A DNA stretch of 64,000 nt from a virus. A model generated the notes under the pieces. That model saw only the letters and a program-made list of their open reading frames with translations. It did not search any database and was not told the origin of the DNA. This document shows, one piece after another, positions 49,746 to 59,215 of this stretch. The stretch spans positions 38,948 to 102,947 of the IMG/VR virus record IMGVR_UViG_3300025120_000025. One strand, written 5' to 3'. How positions within the stretch are numbered: the stretch's first letter is position 1; the number at the start of each line of letters is the position of its first letter. Made by a program: the position numbers and the translations under genes.

Positions 49746-50782
49746 TACTAATATTCTTAACTTTTCTATCGGCATTGTCAATCTCAGCAATCGCCGCATT
49801 ATATTCACTACTAGGACTTGCCGCTATCTTTAGTGCGGCAAAACTACCTGTGTTACTTATGGGTGGTGTATTAGAAGTAGGTAAACTTGTAACTGCAACG
49901 TGGTTATATCACAACTGGAAAAAGACACCTATACTACTTAAATCGTATTTGTCTATCTCAGTTGTAGTTCTAATATTTATAACCTCAATGGGAATCTTTG
50001 GTTTTTTATCAAAAGCACACATTGACCAGACAATCACAGTAGGTGATAATTCTTTAGAAATAACACAAATAGAAACTCGTATTGATAGACAAGAAAAGCG
50101 TGTAGATGATGCAGAACTTGTCATATCACAGTTAGATAATCAAATACAAACACTCATCGAATATGACAGAATACGAGGTGATGATGGGTCTATTGCTACA
50201 AGAGAAAAGCAGAAAGATGAACGTGCAGAACTAAACAGTATTATTGATAGTTCTATGGAAGAGATAGCAACTCTTAATAAACAGAAACTTGTATTAAGCA
50301 AAGAACAAATAGAACTAGAAGCAGAAGTTGGTCCACTTAAATATATTGCAGAACTTATCTATGGTGATGATGCGAAAGACCATTTTGATGAAGCAGTTCG
50401 TTGGGTTATTCTATTGCTCATATTTGTATTCGACCCTCTTGCAGTCTTACTTTTGATAGCGGCAAATCAGTCGTTAAGAGAGATAAGAAGAGTAAAGATT
50501 GATAATGAGAATATTACAAACTTTACGGAGGTTGATAGCAATGATATTGAAACCGTACAAACGCCGGAGACACAAGAATCCAATACAGAGACCGAGAGTA
50601 AACCTGATGAAATTAAAACAGAGAATACAACAGTCGAAGAAGAAACCTCTGAAGTAAAAATGATAGTCACAGAAGATGAACGTGAGTTGTGGGAGAAGTT
50701 TAAGACAAGAACTGAAACTCCAGTAGAAAACTCAGGTATCAAAAAAGTTGACTATATAGAAGAGCAACAAAGGAAAACATAA
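49742..50782 (+). CDS. Membrane protein with coiled coil
   Basis: 3 N-terminal TMs, TSMGIFGFLS, EVGPLKY, FDPLA. Confidence 0.78.
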   Translation: MILIFLTFLSALSISAIAALYSLLGLAAIFSAAKLPVLLMGGVLEVGKLVTATWLYHNWKKTPILLKSYLSISVVVLIFITSMGIFGFLSKAHIDQTITVGDNSLEITQIETRIDRQEKRVDDAELVISQLDNQIQTLIEYDRIRGDDGSIATREKQKDERAELNSIIDSSMEEIATLNKQKLVLSKEQIELEAEVGPLKYIAELIYGDDAKDHFDEAVRWVILLLIFVFDPLAVLLLIAANQSLREIRRVKIDNENITNFTEVDSNDIETVQTPETQESNTETESKPDEIKTENTTVEEETSEVKMIVTEDERELWEKFKTRTETPVENSGIKKVDYIEEQQRKT

Positions 50783-50973
50783 TGTTAGAAATGATAGCGG
50801 CAGGTGTATTAGCACACGGAATATACCATAAAACTATGGGTATAATGCATGACGAAAATGAAGTAAATCATGTCGAAATGGTTATGCCAGTTCAAACAAA
50901 TAAACCTACTGACCAAGACCAAAGTCAAGTATCATTTGTTTTTGAAGTGTGCAATCCTTCTTGTGATAACTAA
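50782..50973 (+). CDS. Hypothetical protein
   Basis: Coupled start. Confidence 0.5.
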   Translation: MLEMIAAGVLAHGIYHKTMGIMHDENEVNHVEMVMPVQTNKPTDQDQSQVSFVFEVCNPSCDN

Positions 50974-50984
50974 AAGGAGTTAAG

Positions 50985-51419
50985 ATGCACGAATATAAAG
51001 CGACTATGCTTAGAATTGTTGACGGAGACACAGTAGACGTTGACATAGACTTAGGGTTTGGCGTATGGTTACGCAAACAGAGAATTAGACTATATGGTAT
51101 GGATACGCCAGAAAGTCGTACAAGAGATTTAGAAGAAAAACACTACGGCAATCTTGCAAAGAACTTTATCAAAGACAGACTGCCTGTAGGTACAGTATTT
51201 AAGATTAGAACAGAGAAAGATAGTAAAGGTAAGTTTGGTCGTATTCTAGGCATACTATTAGATAGCAATGATGTATCATTAAACGATACTATGATTGCAC
51301 AAGGATATGCAGTACCCTATCACGGACAATCTAAAGAAGAAATTGAAGAGCAACATCTAGAAAATCGCAAAATACTTGCATCAAAAGGTTACGCATACGA
51401 CTTTAACGTGGATAAATAG
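50985..51419 (+). CDS. Thermonuclease (SNase-like)
   Basis: VDGDT, RLYGMDTPE, GKFGRIL. Confidence 0.92.
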   Translation: MHEYKATMLRIVDGDTVDVDIDLGFGVWLRKQRIRLYGMDTPESRTRDLEEKHYGNLAKNFIKDRLPVGTVFKIRTEKDSKGKFGRILGILLDSNDVSLNDTMIAQGYAVPYHGQSKEEIEEQHLENRKILASKGYAYDFNVDK

Positions 51420-51423
51420 TACC

Positions 51424-51774
51424 ATGACACATAGACTTTCAAACCATAACGCTAGAGTTATAGACTTTAAGCGTAGTAGCGATGATAAAGAATTTCCTGC
51501 AGAGATACGCTCGTATCCTAATCGCTTTGTAGAAACTCTAGTGGGTCAGACTATCACAGTTGCATGGAATGATGCAGAAGACGGATTTACTAATAAAACA
51601 GTAGTACTAACATGGGATAAAACTTCAAGCGATCCTTGGGATTGGAAGAATGACACATTTGAATGTACGTTTGTTATACCTGAGGTCACGCAAGAAGTAG
51701 ATATGCAGAGTCCACGAAGTACCAGTCCAATATTGACAAAAGGTACACAGATGGAAGTCACAACAACAAAATAA
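51424..51774 (+). CDS. Hypothetical protein
   Basis: ORF following a GATAAATA late-like element. Confidence 0.5.
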   Translation: MTHRLSNHNARVIDFKRSSDDKEFPAEIRSYPNRFVETLVGQTITVAWNDAEDGFTNKTVVLTWDKTSSDPWDWKNDTFECTFVIPEVTQEVDMQSPRSTSPILTKGTQMEVTTTK

Positions 51775-51797
51775 TCCCATTATTACCGTCTTTTTAC

Positions 51798-51826
51798 TTG
51801 ACAAACATATATTATTGTAGTATAAT
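51798..51826 (+). promoter_or_regulatory. Early promoter
   Basis: TTGACA-N17-TATAAT. Confidence 0.85.
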
Positions 51827-51859
51827 GTATATGTAAGATTGAGAATAAGGAGATATATT

Positions 51860-52060
51860 ATGTTAGCATATTGTGATAAGATAGCAGATACAGTGAGAAA
51901 ATCACTGTTGAAGTACGATCCTGATGGTATTATCGGGTTGATTGAACCAACACAGTGGGATTTACATCCTACAGAAGGTTACTTTCAGTCAACTAAAAAG
52001 ACTATTGAGATGTGTGATATGAATGGTAAGAAATACGTTATAACTATCGCTGAAAAGTAA
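51860..52060 (+). CDS. Small early hypothetical protein
   Basis: AAGGAG RBS after consensus promoter. Confidence 0.7.
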   Translation: MLAYCDKIADTVRKSLLKYDPDGIIGLIEPTQWDLHPTEGYFQSTKKTIEMCDMNGKKYVITIAEK

Positions 52061-52073
52061 TATATATAATATA

Positions 52074-52190
52074 CTGCCCCACTTGCTAGGACTCTTAGAG
52101 ACAAGCAGAAGTGGCGACTAGAGTTTCTGCCATTGCGGCACAGTTCTACTAGTCTTAATGTGAGAAAACTGAACGATGCTGGTGCTTTTT
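52074..52190 (+). ncRNA. Candidate structured non-coding RNA
   Basis: GC-richer intergenic stretch with two multi-stem hairpins, ending in a T run. Confidence 0.4.
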
Positions 52191-52229
52191 TGCATATTTT
52201 TTTCACCTTATAAATTTAAAAAATATGCA
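52191..52229 (+). promoter_or_regulatory. Inverted repeat carrying an anti-RBS sequence
   Basis: tgcatatttttt/aaaaaatatgca; ttttcaccttat complementary to 52289-52300. Confidence 0.6.
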
Positions 52230-52238
52230 CTTTTACCC

Positions 52239-52267
52239 TTGACAAGAGAAAGAACCTGTGCTATAAT
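52239..52267 (+). promoter_or_regulatory. Early promoter
   Basis: TTGACA-N17-TATAAT. Confidence 0.85.
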
Positions 52268-52302
52268 GATAGTATAATTAATAATGAAATAAGGTGAAAA
52301 TT

Positions 52303-52575
52303 ATGAATAATGTGAAAAATAAAATCCCAGAAATATGTGGGTGGGTCGGAATGATCCTAATACACGGAGCAACTGCTCCAACATCTATCTCAGTTCTAAT
52401 GGGTTGGTCGACTAATCTACCTCCATTGAACTTCATACTACTAGTATGGTTAGGACTATTCTTGTTCTTAGTGAGAGCAATCTATGCAAAAGATACGCTA
52501 TACATTGTATCAAATGCAATAGGATTTGCACTAAACTCTTTACTACTAAGTTTGATAGCATTTAACGGAATTTAA
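52303..52575 (+). CDS. SemiSWEET/PQ-loop-like 3-TM protein
   Basis: GWVG.IL....AP, G..LFL..AI..KD..YIVSN pattern; three hydrophobic helices. Confidence 0.6.
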   Translation: MNNVKNKIPEICGWVGMILIHGATAPTSISVLMGWSTNLPPLNFILLVWLGLFLFLVRAIYAKDTLYIVSNAIGFALNSLLLSLIAFNGI

Positions 52576-52578
52576 TGC

Positions 52579-52607
52579 TTGACACAGTTATGATGTTGTG
52601 TTATAAT
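52579..52607 (+). promoter_or_regulatory. Early promoter
   Basis: TTGACA-N17-TATAAT. Confidence 0.85.
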
Positions 52608-52633
52608 GATAATATAATTGAGAGGTAAATGAT

Positions 52634-52840
52634 ATGGATTATGTTGAAGCAAATGATATTCTTGATGAGTTAACACTAATTATGTTGCACGTTCCATCTA
52701 GTTCGCCAGAGTTTACTACTATTGTAAAACGTATGGCGAAATTGCAGATATTTATTCAAGAGTATGATAAATGGGCAGATGAGCAGTCGGCGAAGTGGGA
52801 CTATCTCAATAAATATGAACAAGGTATCGCTAATGTATAA
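52634..52840 (+). CDS. Small early hypothetical protein
   Basis: GAGG RBS. Confidence 0.65.
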   Translation: MDYVEANDILDELTLIMLHVPSSSPEFTTIVKRMAKLQIFIQEYDKWADEQSAKWDYLNKYEQGIANV

Positions 52841-53006
52841 ATGCTCATCATGTGGTAGCGATTGTAAGGCAGATGAATTCAGTTGCTATAAATGTGATAC
52901 TTGTATAGATTGTGGCGATTGTAAATGCGAAGGAGACTATGATGAAAGTGCGGACTATGGCGATAACGATTACGGACAAAACGGATTCGTACCCAGGAAA
53001 CACTGA
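52833..53006 (+). CDS. Cys-rich small protein
   Basis: MYKCSSCGSDCKADEFSCYKCDTCIDCGDCKC; 9 Cys in 32 aa. Confidence 0.55.
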   Translation: MYKCSSCGSDCKADEFSCYKCDTCIDCGDCKCEGDYDESADYGDNDYGQNGFVPRKH

Positions 53007-53661
53007 CTTAGTAACACTACTTGCTAGAGCGATTTGGCAAATAGAAACTGATGGTGGGTTTATAGGTAACGGTAATACTGGTTATCGTGGGGATTCTGCA
53101 CATGGTGTACAGTCTACAAAAGACAAGGTCGCACATTACTATAATAATCCTGTCGAACTAGGTGTTGAAGAAGCAATCTATGATGAAGCACATAAGATTG
53201 TAAAATACTTTCGTGAGATGTCAACGCCAACAAAAGACTTCATATTAGAATGTCACAACATAGCACAAGAACCTCAAGTATCTATGAAGAAGATTGGGTT
53301 CGTAGTCGCTATGGTACCTACATATCGTAAAACAATAGAAATACAAAATTACAATAAAGAATACGAGAACAGTGACTATGTTGGTGTTGCAGGTAAGAGA
53401 CAAAATTTCTTTGTCAAGTTCTTAGAGAAAAGATTTATACCTAACAATGATAGTTATCTATATACGTTCATTGACCGAAGAAAGAACCTCATTAAAACAT
53501 GGGTCACTTCAGACAAGAATGAAGCATGGGAATGGAATGTCAACGACTGTATTGACTTAGATGCATTTGTACGAAAGCACGAAGCAAACAAGTTCAGTGG
53601 TCTAAGAGAGACATACATCAACAGAATTAAATTGATTGAGAATAAAGGTAGCACAACATGA
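52939..53661 (+). CDS. Hypothetical protein, possible C-terminal OB fold
   Basis: SDYVG..GKR, VRKH......ETYINR; AGGAG RBS. Confidence 0.6.
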   Translation: MMKVRTMAITITDKTDSYPGNTDLVTLLARAIWQIETDGGFIGNGNTGYRGDSAHGVQSTKDKVAHYYNNPVELGVEEAIYDEAHKIVKYFREMSTPTKDFILECHNIAQEPQVSMKKIGFVVAMVPTYRKTIEIQNYNKEYENSDYVGVAGKRQNFFVKFLEKRFIPNNDSYLYTFIDRRKNLIKTWVTSDKNEAWEWNVNDCIDLDAFVRKHEANKFSGLRETYINRIKLIENKGSTT

Positions 53662-53900
53662 TTGAAGTATACACTAAAGACGGGTGTGTATTTTGCACTA
53701 GAGCAAAAGCACTCGCAGAAGAAAGTGGTTATGAGTATAAGATTATTCATATGCCAAGAGATATAAGCAGAGAAGACTTGATGGCGAAATTCCCTACAAG
53801 TAGAACTATGCCCATAATAACTATTGACAATGAGAACGTAGGAGGGTATAATGAACTTAAATACATTATTGAAGAGAGGAAAGCAAATGACGAATTATAG
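53658..53900 (+). CDS. nrdC: Glutaredoxin
   Basis: CVFC, TMP, GGYNEL. Confidence 0.92.
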   Translation: MIEVYTKDGCVFCTRAKALAEESGYEYKIIHMPRDISREDLMAKFPTSRTMPIITIDNENVGGYNELKYIIEERKANDEL

Positions 53901-54198
53901 TAAGGAGAATATCATCGTGCGTGAAGAATTGTTAGAAGATTTACATGAGGGTGTTGTCAAGGTGACGTTTACTAAGAAAGATGGTACAGAGCGAGTTATG
54001 AACTGTACACTAGTACCTTCATATCTACCTGAAGCATATCGAACTGATGTGCGTGATGATGAAGATAAAAAGGTCAATGAGAATGTTCTTGCAGTGTGGG
54101 ATACTGATGCTGATGGTTGGCGTTCATTTCGTCTTGATAGCGTCAAGATTGCGTATCTAGTTGATCCCTCTGTAGAAGTAGAAGGTCATCCTGTATGA
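53887..54198 (+). CDS. SH3/WYL-like T4 protein
   Basis: FTKKDGTERVMNCTL, VWD..ADGWRSFR. Confidence 0.8.
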   Translation: MTNYSKENIIVREELLEDLHEGVVKVTFTKKDGTERVMNCTLVPSYLPEAYRTDVRDDEDKKVNENVLAVWDTDADGWRSFRLDSVKIAYLVDPSVEVEGHPV

Positions 54199-54707
54199 GT
54201 GATGAGATGCTAGATGTTCCTGAATTACTCAAGCGTGAGAAAGACAAGGCACTAGGTAATCGCATTCATAGACCTGCAAGGTATGAGCAAAAACTCATCC
54301 GTGTGCGTGATGATGGTACTAAAGTGTATATGTTTCAAATAGTCGAAGAAGCACACTATATCAATGAAGATGGGTCTAAGACTTACGAAGGTGCCAATAA
54401 AAAGACCGAATGGGTTATGTCTAAGTTTGTACCAAAGGTCAAACGTAGAGATATACATACTACTATAGACAAAGAAATCTTCAAAGCGATTGATAATCTA
54501 AAGTATGCTAAGAAAAGACTAGTCATTGCAGAAGTACGAAGAGTGATGTTATTAGACGATAACATTGTAGACAAATTGCCGAAGAACCTCGGCACATCAA
54601 TCTCTAGACGAATTGGTCATCTTGTAGATAAAAGAAATCTTGCTTATGAACAACAAACAAAAGCAAGACGAGTGTTAGTAAAGGGTAAGTATAGGTATGT
54701 CGGATAA
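54195..54707 (+). CDS. Hypothetical protein
   Basis: Coupled ORF. Confidence 0.6.
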   Translation: MSDEMLDVPELLKREKDKALGNRIHRPARYEQKLIRVRDDGTKVYMFQIVEEAHYINEDGSKTYEGANKKTEWVMSKFVPKVKRRDIHTTIDKEIFKAIDNLKYAKKRLVIAEVRRVMLLDDNIVDKLPKNLGTSISRRIGHLVDKRNLAYEQQTKARRVLVKGKYRYVG

Positions 54708-55098
54708 CGTGATTGAATTCCCTAAGGTAAATAAACCTGAAAATGACAATACTGACGATAGTATGGATGCAGTACATAATATTATCGAAGATATGCAACA
54801 ACAAAAAGTTTCAGACATGAGTAACTATCTTGCAGAAAGTATTCTTATGGCAGGTGCTAAAGAGATGGTTGCTAATGGCGTAGATGTAAGTGATCCTGAG
54901 TTTCTAAAAGATTATGCATTTGCTCTTGAAGCAATACGAAGTTGTCTTTATCGTCATGGTAAAGTGCATCACGACTTTCAAGATTTAGTTGATAGATATT
55001 GCAAGTTTACATTGAAGAAGAACCGTGCTGGTGAAATAGCACAAGTTGGTCTTGAACTGCTGATGCAAGAGTTAGAAGAAGATGAGGATAACACTTGA
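54697..55098 (+). CDS. Hypothetical protein
   Basis: MSDNVIEFP start. Confidence 0.65.
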   Translation: MSDNVIEFPKVNKPENDNTDDSMDAVHNIIEDMQQQKVSDMSNYLAESILMAGAKEMVANGVDVSDPEFLKDYAFALEAIRSCLYRHGKVHHDFQDLVDRYCKFTLKKNRAGEIAQVGLELLMQELEEDEDNT

Positions 55099-55123
55099 CA
55101 TTTGCATATACCTGTGATATAAT
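55095..55123 (+). promoter_or_regulatory. Promoter for rnh
   Basis: TTGACA-N17-TATAAT. Confidence 0.8.
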
Positions 55124-55152
55124 ATATACTTAATAATGATAGAGAGAATATT

Positions 55153-55989
55153 ATGATTTTAGTTGACTTAAACCAAGTGATGATTTCAAACCTTATGATG
55201 AACCTTCAAGGTAATCAAGGCGCAGTAGATGAAAATCTAGTGCGTCATATGGTGTTCAACTCACTACGAATGTACAAGCAGAAGTTTAACAAGCAATATG
55301 GCGACTTAGTTATTTGTTGCGATGATATGAACTACTGGCGCAAAGACATATTTCCTTTCTATAAAGCATCACGAAAGACTGACCGTGAGAAGAGTCCATA
55401 CGATTGGAATGAAATCTTTACTGCATTGAATAATATTCGTGAAGAGATAAAAGAGAATGCGCCATATAAAGTCATTCAAGTAGAACGTGCAGAAGCAGAT
55501 GATATCATTGGTACGATATGTCACGAACTTGGTCAGCAACTAGGGGGCGACCCTATTCTTATTCTATCAGGCGATAAAGACTTTCAACAGTTACAAGTGT
55601 ATAGTAATGTCACGCAGTTCTCGCCTATCTTAAAGAAGTTTCTGAAGTGTAATGACCCTACTGGTTATCTATTCGAACACGCTATCAAAGGTGATAGAGG
55701 TGATGGTGTACCAAACATCTTATCTGAACCTGATGTATTCGTAAATGGTGGTAGACAGAAACCTATCACTAAGAAGAAGTTGAAATCATATGAAGAAAAT
55801 CATCCTACTGATAATGAAAGATTTACGACTAATATGCAGTTAGTCAATTTAGAACTCGTACCTGATAATATAAAAGCATCTGCTTTAGAACAACTATATA
55901 GTACTGTACAAGGCAGTAAGCGTAAACTATTAGACTTGTTTATTGCAAAGCGAATGAATTTATTAATAGAAAGTATTGAAGAGTTTTAA
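55153..55989 (+). CDS. rnh: RNase H / 5'-3' exonuclease
   Basis: YWRK...YK..R, EADD, SGDKDF.QL, GD.GDGVPN. Confidence 0.95.
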   Translation: MILVDLNQVMISNLMMNLQGNQGAVDENLVRHMVFNSLRMYKQKFNKQYGDLVICCDDMNYWRKDIFPFYKASRKTDREKSPYDWNEIFTALNNIREEIKENAPYKVIQVERAEADDIIGTICHELGQQLGGDPILILSGDKDFQQLQVYSNVTQFSPILKKFLKCNDPTGYLFEHAIKGDRGDGVPNILSEPDVFVNGGRQKPITKKKLKSYEENHPTDNERFTTNMQLVNLELVPDNIKASALEQLYSTVQGSKRKLLDLFIAKRMNLLIESIEEF

Positions 55990-55990
55990 T

Positions 55991-56203
55991 ATGAAAGAAT
56001 TTATATTAGTCATTAGTATGTGGGGTAACGATGGTGCAACTGACCACTACATAGGACAAATTTCACTACAACAACCATTTTCAGAAGCACAGTGTAATAT
56101 GCTCATAGAAGATAAGATGTGGGCGAGTAGTTACGATAACGACCACTATCATATGAAAGGTCACTGCTTTCCAGCAGAATGTGCAGGAAAAGAGACCTGC
56201 TAA
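55991..56203 (+). CDS. Hypothetical protein
   Basis: ORF within operon. Confidence 0.55.
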   Translation: MKEFILVISMWGNDGATDHYIGQISLQQPFSEAQCNMLIEDKMWASSYDNDHYHMKGHCFPAECAGKETC

Positions 56204-57924
56204 TGAATATATTATCACTTCACTTAATCAATCACGATGCAAATGTGACATACTACTCTGACGAAACAGTTGTCAATGGTAAGAAGTCAACGTATCTCAA
56301 TATAGAACGTGTCAAAGGTATCAAGAAATATCACTATTACAAATGGGACTTTGCTAAGTTAGCAGATGACTTAGAAGGTATGGGTGTGCCATTAGAATTA
56401 GATGCTATTGTTGTAACTGTCGGTGAACAGACTGGTACAGAGCAACAAGAGATACTAATGGACTGGCGATATCCAGATGATGAACAGATACTAGAGATTA
56501 CTGAAAGACAGTTTGAAAACGTATTTGAGAACTTACCTTATCGTGCTAAGAAATACTACAGATGCGAACATCACTATGCACATTATATGAATGGCGTATG
56601 GTTGTATGGTTCAGATAGTGGACTTGTCATCGATGGTTGTGGTGACTATGGTGTGCATATAAGCGTATATAAAGGTCGTGAAAGAGTACTTACATATACT
56701 CAAAAAGATATGTGTTCAATAGGCGACTTGTATTACGATACCTCTGCAGACCTACTTGGTCGAGGTGATAAAAGCGAATGGGGTAATTCATTTGCAGATA
56801 GAAGTGGTAACTTCATGGGTCTTATCTCTTATGGTAAAGTGAATGAGACATATGCAAATCATCTAAGACAATATGAATTCACAGAGTTTGTAGGTGAAGC
56901 ATTCAATAAGAACAAATATTTTCAAAAAGCAGGATTGACTGACAGACAACTATACTTTGGTCATGGTCAGAAAGCAATAACTGATGATGGTCGTGGTAGC
57001 ACATCTGATAGTGAGTATTCGTGGTCTATGGTTCATGTGCATAAAGATGGACATCCATACGTTGTTCAGTGGCATCTCGACTGGTTTCGCACAGTGCAAA
57101 CAGTACTAGCAGAGAAACTAGTACAATTTTGTGCAGAGCATTTCAAACATGATGAAGATTTCGTATATAGTGGCGGCGTTGCACACAATGTTGTCGTTAA
57201 CGAAGTTTTGAGTGCTATGTTCACTAACATGAAAATCCCTCCTAGCATAGGTGATGAAGGTCAAAGCATCGGATCGATGTATGCGTTACTAGACCACTTA
57301 GGTATCGAAGCAGATGATTGTCCTACTACTAATTGGCAACGTGAAGATATACCTATGATGGACGACCAGACAGTAGCAAATGTAGCAGATATGTTAATAC
57401 ATGATAAAATCATTGCAGTATGTCAAGGAGAAAGTCATGTAGGTCCAAGAGCATTAGGAAATCGTTCATTGTTGTATCTGCCTAATCGCAAGTATGCCGC
57501 ACACTATTTGAATGAACGTAAAATCAAACAACGTGAGTGGTGGCGCCCATATGGAGTGATGATACTAGAAGAATATATCTCACAGTACTTTGAGACAGAT
57601 ACATTATCACCACATATGCTTCATACGGCAAAACCTACTGCATTAGGTAGAGAAGCAATGTCTGGCGTTATACATACAGATGATACAGTTAGATATCAGA
57701 CGATAGGACAAGAAGGTCCATATAGAAAACTATTAGAACGATTACAAGATTTAGGATGTCCACCTATAGTGATTAATACATCACTCAACGCACCTGGTAA
57801 ACCCATGTGTCATACAATAGGTGATGTAAAGTCATTCGCAGATGAGTATGGTCCTGATTGCGTAGTGATTGGTGATGAAATGTATATGACTAATCACAGA
57901 GGAGTATTATGGTCAAGCAACTAA
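56203..57924 (+). CDS. NodU/CmcH-family carbamoyltransferase
   Basis: HDA, EHHYAH, DGCG, SGGVAHN, GPRALGNRS, REWWRP, NTSLN. Confidence 0.9.
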   Translation: MNILSLHLINHDANVTYYSDETVVNGKKSTYLNIERVKGIKKYHYYKWDFAKLADDLEGMGVPLELDAIVVTVGEQTGTEQQEILMDWRYPDDEQILEITERQFENVFENLPYRAKKYYRCEHHYAHYMNGVWLYGSDSGLVIDGCGDYGVHISVYKGRERVLTYTQKDMCSIGDLYYDTSADLLGRGDKSEWGNSFADRSGNFMGLISYGKVNETYANHLRQYEFTEFVGEAFNKNKYFQKAGLTDRQLYFGHGQKAITDDGRGSTSDSEYSWSMVHVHKDGHPYVVQWHLDWFRTVQTVLAEKLVQFCAEHFKHDEDFVYSGGVAHNVVVNEVLSAMFTNMKIPPSIGDEGQSIGSMYALLDHLGIEADDCPTTNWQREDIPMMDDQTVANVADMLIHDKIIAVCQGESHVGPRALGNRSLLYLPNRKYAAHYLNERKIKQREWWRPYGVMILEEYISQYFETDTLSPHMLHTAKPTALGREAMSGVIHTDDTVRYQTIGQEGPYRKLLERLQDLGCPPIVINTSLNAPGKPMCHTIGDVKSFADEYGPDCVVIGDEMYMTNHRGVLWSSN

Positions 57925-58553
57925 GAAGATACGAGAGACCTTTAATTAAAGATGGCACTCATAGATATATGGGTCCATCAATCTATAAAGGTGTACTCAC
58001 AGACAAAGTATTCAAGACGATGTGTGATATGGTTAAACAGTCACAAGAAAGCGTTAAAGATATGCTATGTCACACGACAACTGAAAACAATAGACTAGAG
58101 TTTCAAGAGAAACCTGAACACTATGAAGCATTAGAAGAAATATTTGTACACATTTCAAACTTTACACAAGCACATAATCCTATAGACCACAGAGATGTTG
58201 ATGAGTTAGATTTAGATAATGTATGGATGAACGTGCAACATGAAAATCAAACGATTGGACAACATACACACGAAGAGTCCGACTACGCATTCGTAATATA
58301 TGTAAAGAACACACTACTTGATCCATCTGCTGGTCATGTATATGAAGATAGAAGCGTCAATGATCCTCAAGACGGTATGATTGAATGGCGATACGGCGAG
58401 ACACATTTCTTGTCGCCTAATCGTATGTTACACTTTCCTGTTGAAGGTGAAATAGTAATATTTCCTGGTTGGTTAGAGCATATGGTACACCCATTCAAGG
58501 GTAAGAACCATGAGCGTATCAGTGTAGCAGGCAATATAAATAGCAGTAGATAA
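57909..58553 (+). CDS. 2OG-Fe(II) oxygenase-like protein
   Basis: WMN, HTH, IFPGWLEH.V.P, RISVAGN. Confidence 0.82.
   Translation: MVKQLRRYERPLIKDGTHRYMGPSIYKGVLTDKVFKTMCDMVKQSQESVKDMLCHTTTENNRLEFQEKPEHYEALEEIFVHISNFTQAHNPIDHRDVDELDLDNVWMNVQHENQTIGQHTHEESDYAFVIYVKNTLLDPSAGHVYEDRSVNDPQDGMIEWRYGETHFLSPNRMLHFPVEGEIVIFPGWLEHMVHPFKGKNHERISVAGNINSSR
58535..58542 (+). promoter_or_regulatory. Late promoter
   Basis: TATAAATA. Confidence 0.65.
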
Positions 58554-58567
58554 ACAATGGAGTTATA

Positions 58568-59023
58568 ATGCAAAAGTTCGTACCTGAGATACTACAACAA
58601 GTGAATGATGCTAAGACAAAGGCAGAGAGAATTCGACTGCTAGAAGCGAACAACATAAGACCTATTCGCAATATGTTAGCATTGAATTTTGACAAGAACA
58701 TAGAAATAGACTTACCAGAAGGTGCGCCACCATATAGTCGTGACGAAAAAGAACCAATTGGTATGTCTAATGCTTCTCTATTTGTCATTGGTAGAAGACT
58801 AGCAAGATGCTTGAAGTCTGACCCACTACCTAAGACACGCAAAGAAGCAGTGTATATACAGATTTTAGAGGGAGTACATTGGCAAGAAGCAGATTTACTC
58901 AATCTAATTAAAGATAGGAAGATGGAAGAAAAGTTTCCTAACATCACTAGAGAGATAGTGCGTAAAGCATTTCCTACTCTACTTACTGATGTGCAACCTA
59001 ATCAATTTACTAAGGAGAAATAG
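58568..59023 (+). CDS. T4-like hypothetical protein
   Basis: LPEG.PPY, QILEGVH..EA. Confidence 0.78.
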   Translation: MQKFVPEILQQVNDAKTKAERIRLLEANNIRPIRNMLALNFDKNIEIDLPEGAPPYSRDEKEPIGMSNASLFVIGRRLARCLKSDPLPKTRKEAVYIQILEGVHWQEADLLNLIKDRKMEEKFPNITREIVRKAFPTLLTDVQPNQFTKEK

Positions 59024-59026
59024 ACT

Positions 59027-59215
59027 ATGAAAGAAATATTTGAACTAGACGATATGGTTCGTGAATTCAAACTAGAGTTTACGACATTTAAAGAAAAAGG
59101 TAATAAGTCTGCTGGCACAAGAGCAAGAAAGAAGTTGTCAGAGTTAGCAAAGTTCTGTGCTACAGTGCGTAAAGAAATCCAAGAGTCCAAGAACAATCCG
59201 GAACCTACTGTCTAA
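59027..59215 (+). CDS. Histone H1-like (Hc1-type) small protein
   Basis: KGNKSAGTRARK.L.EL......RKEIQ. Confidence 0.75.
   Translation: MKEIFELDDMVREFKLEFTTFKEKGNKSAGTRARKKLSELAKFCATVRKEIQESKNNPEPTV

Noticed and set aside
52074-52190. Cobalamin riboswitch, twister or hammerhead assignment
   Set aside because: Only fragments (actgcccc, ctgaacga) resemble them; core motifs are missing.
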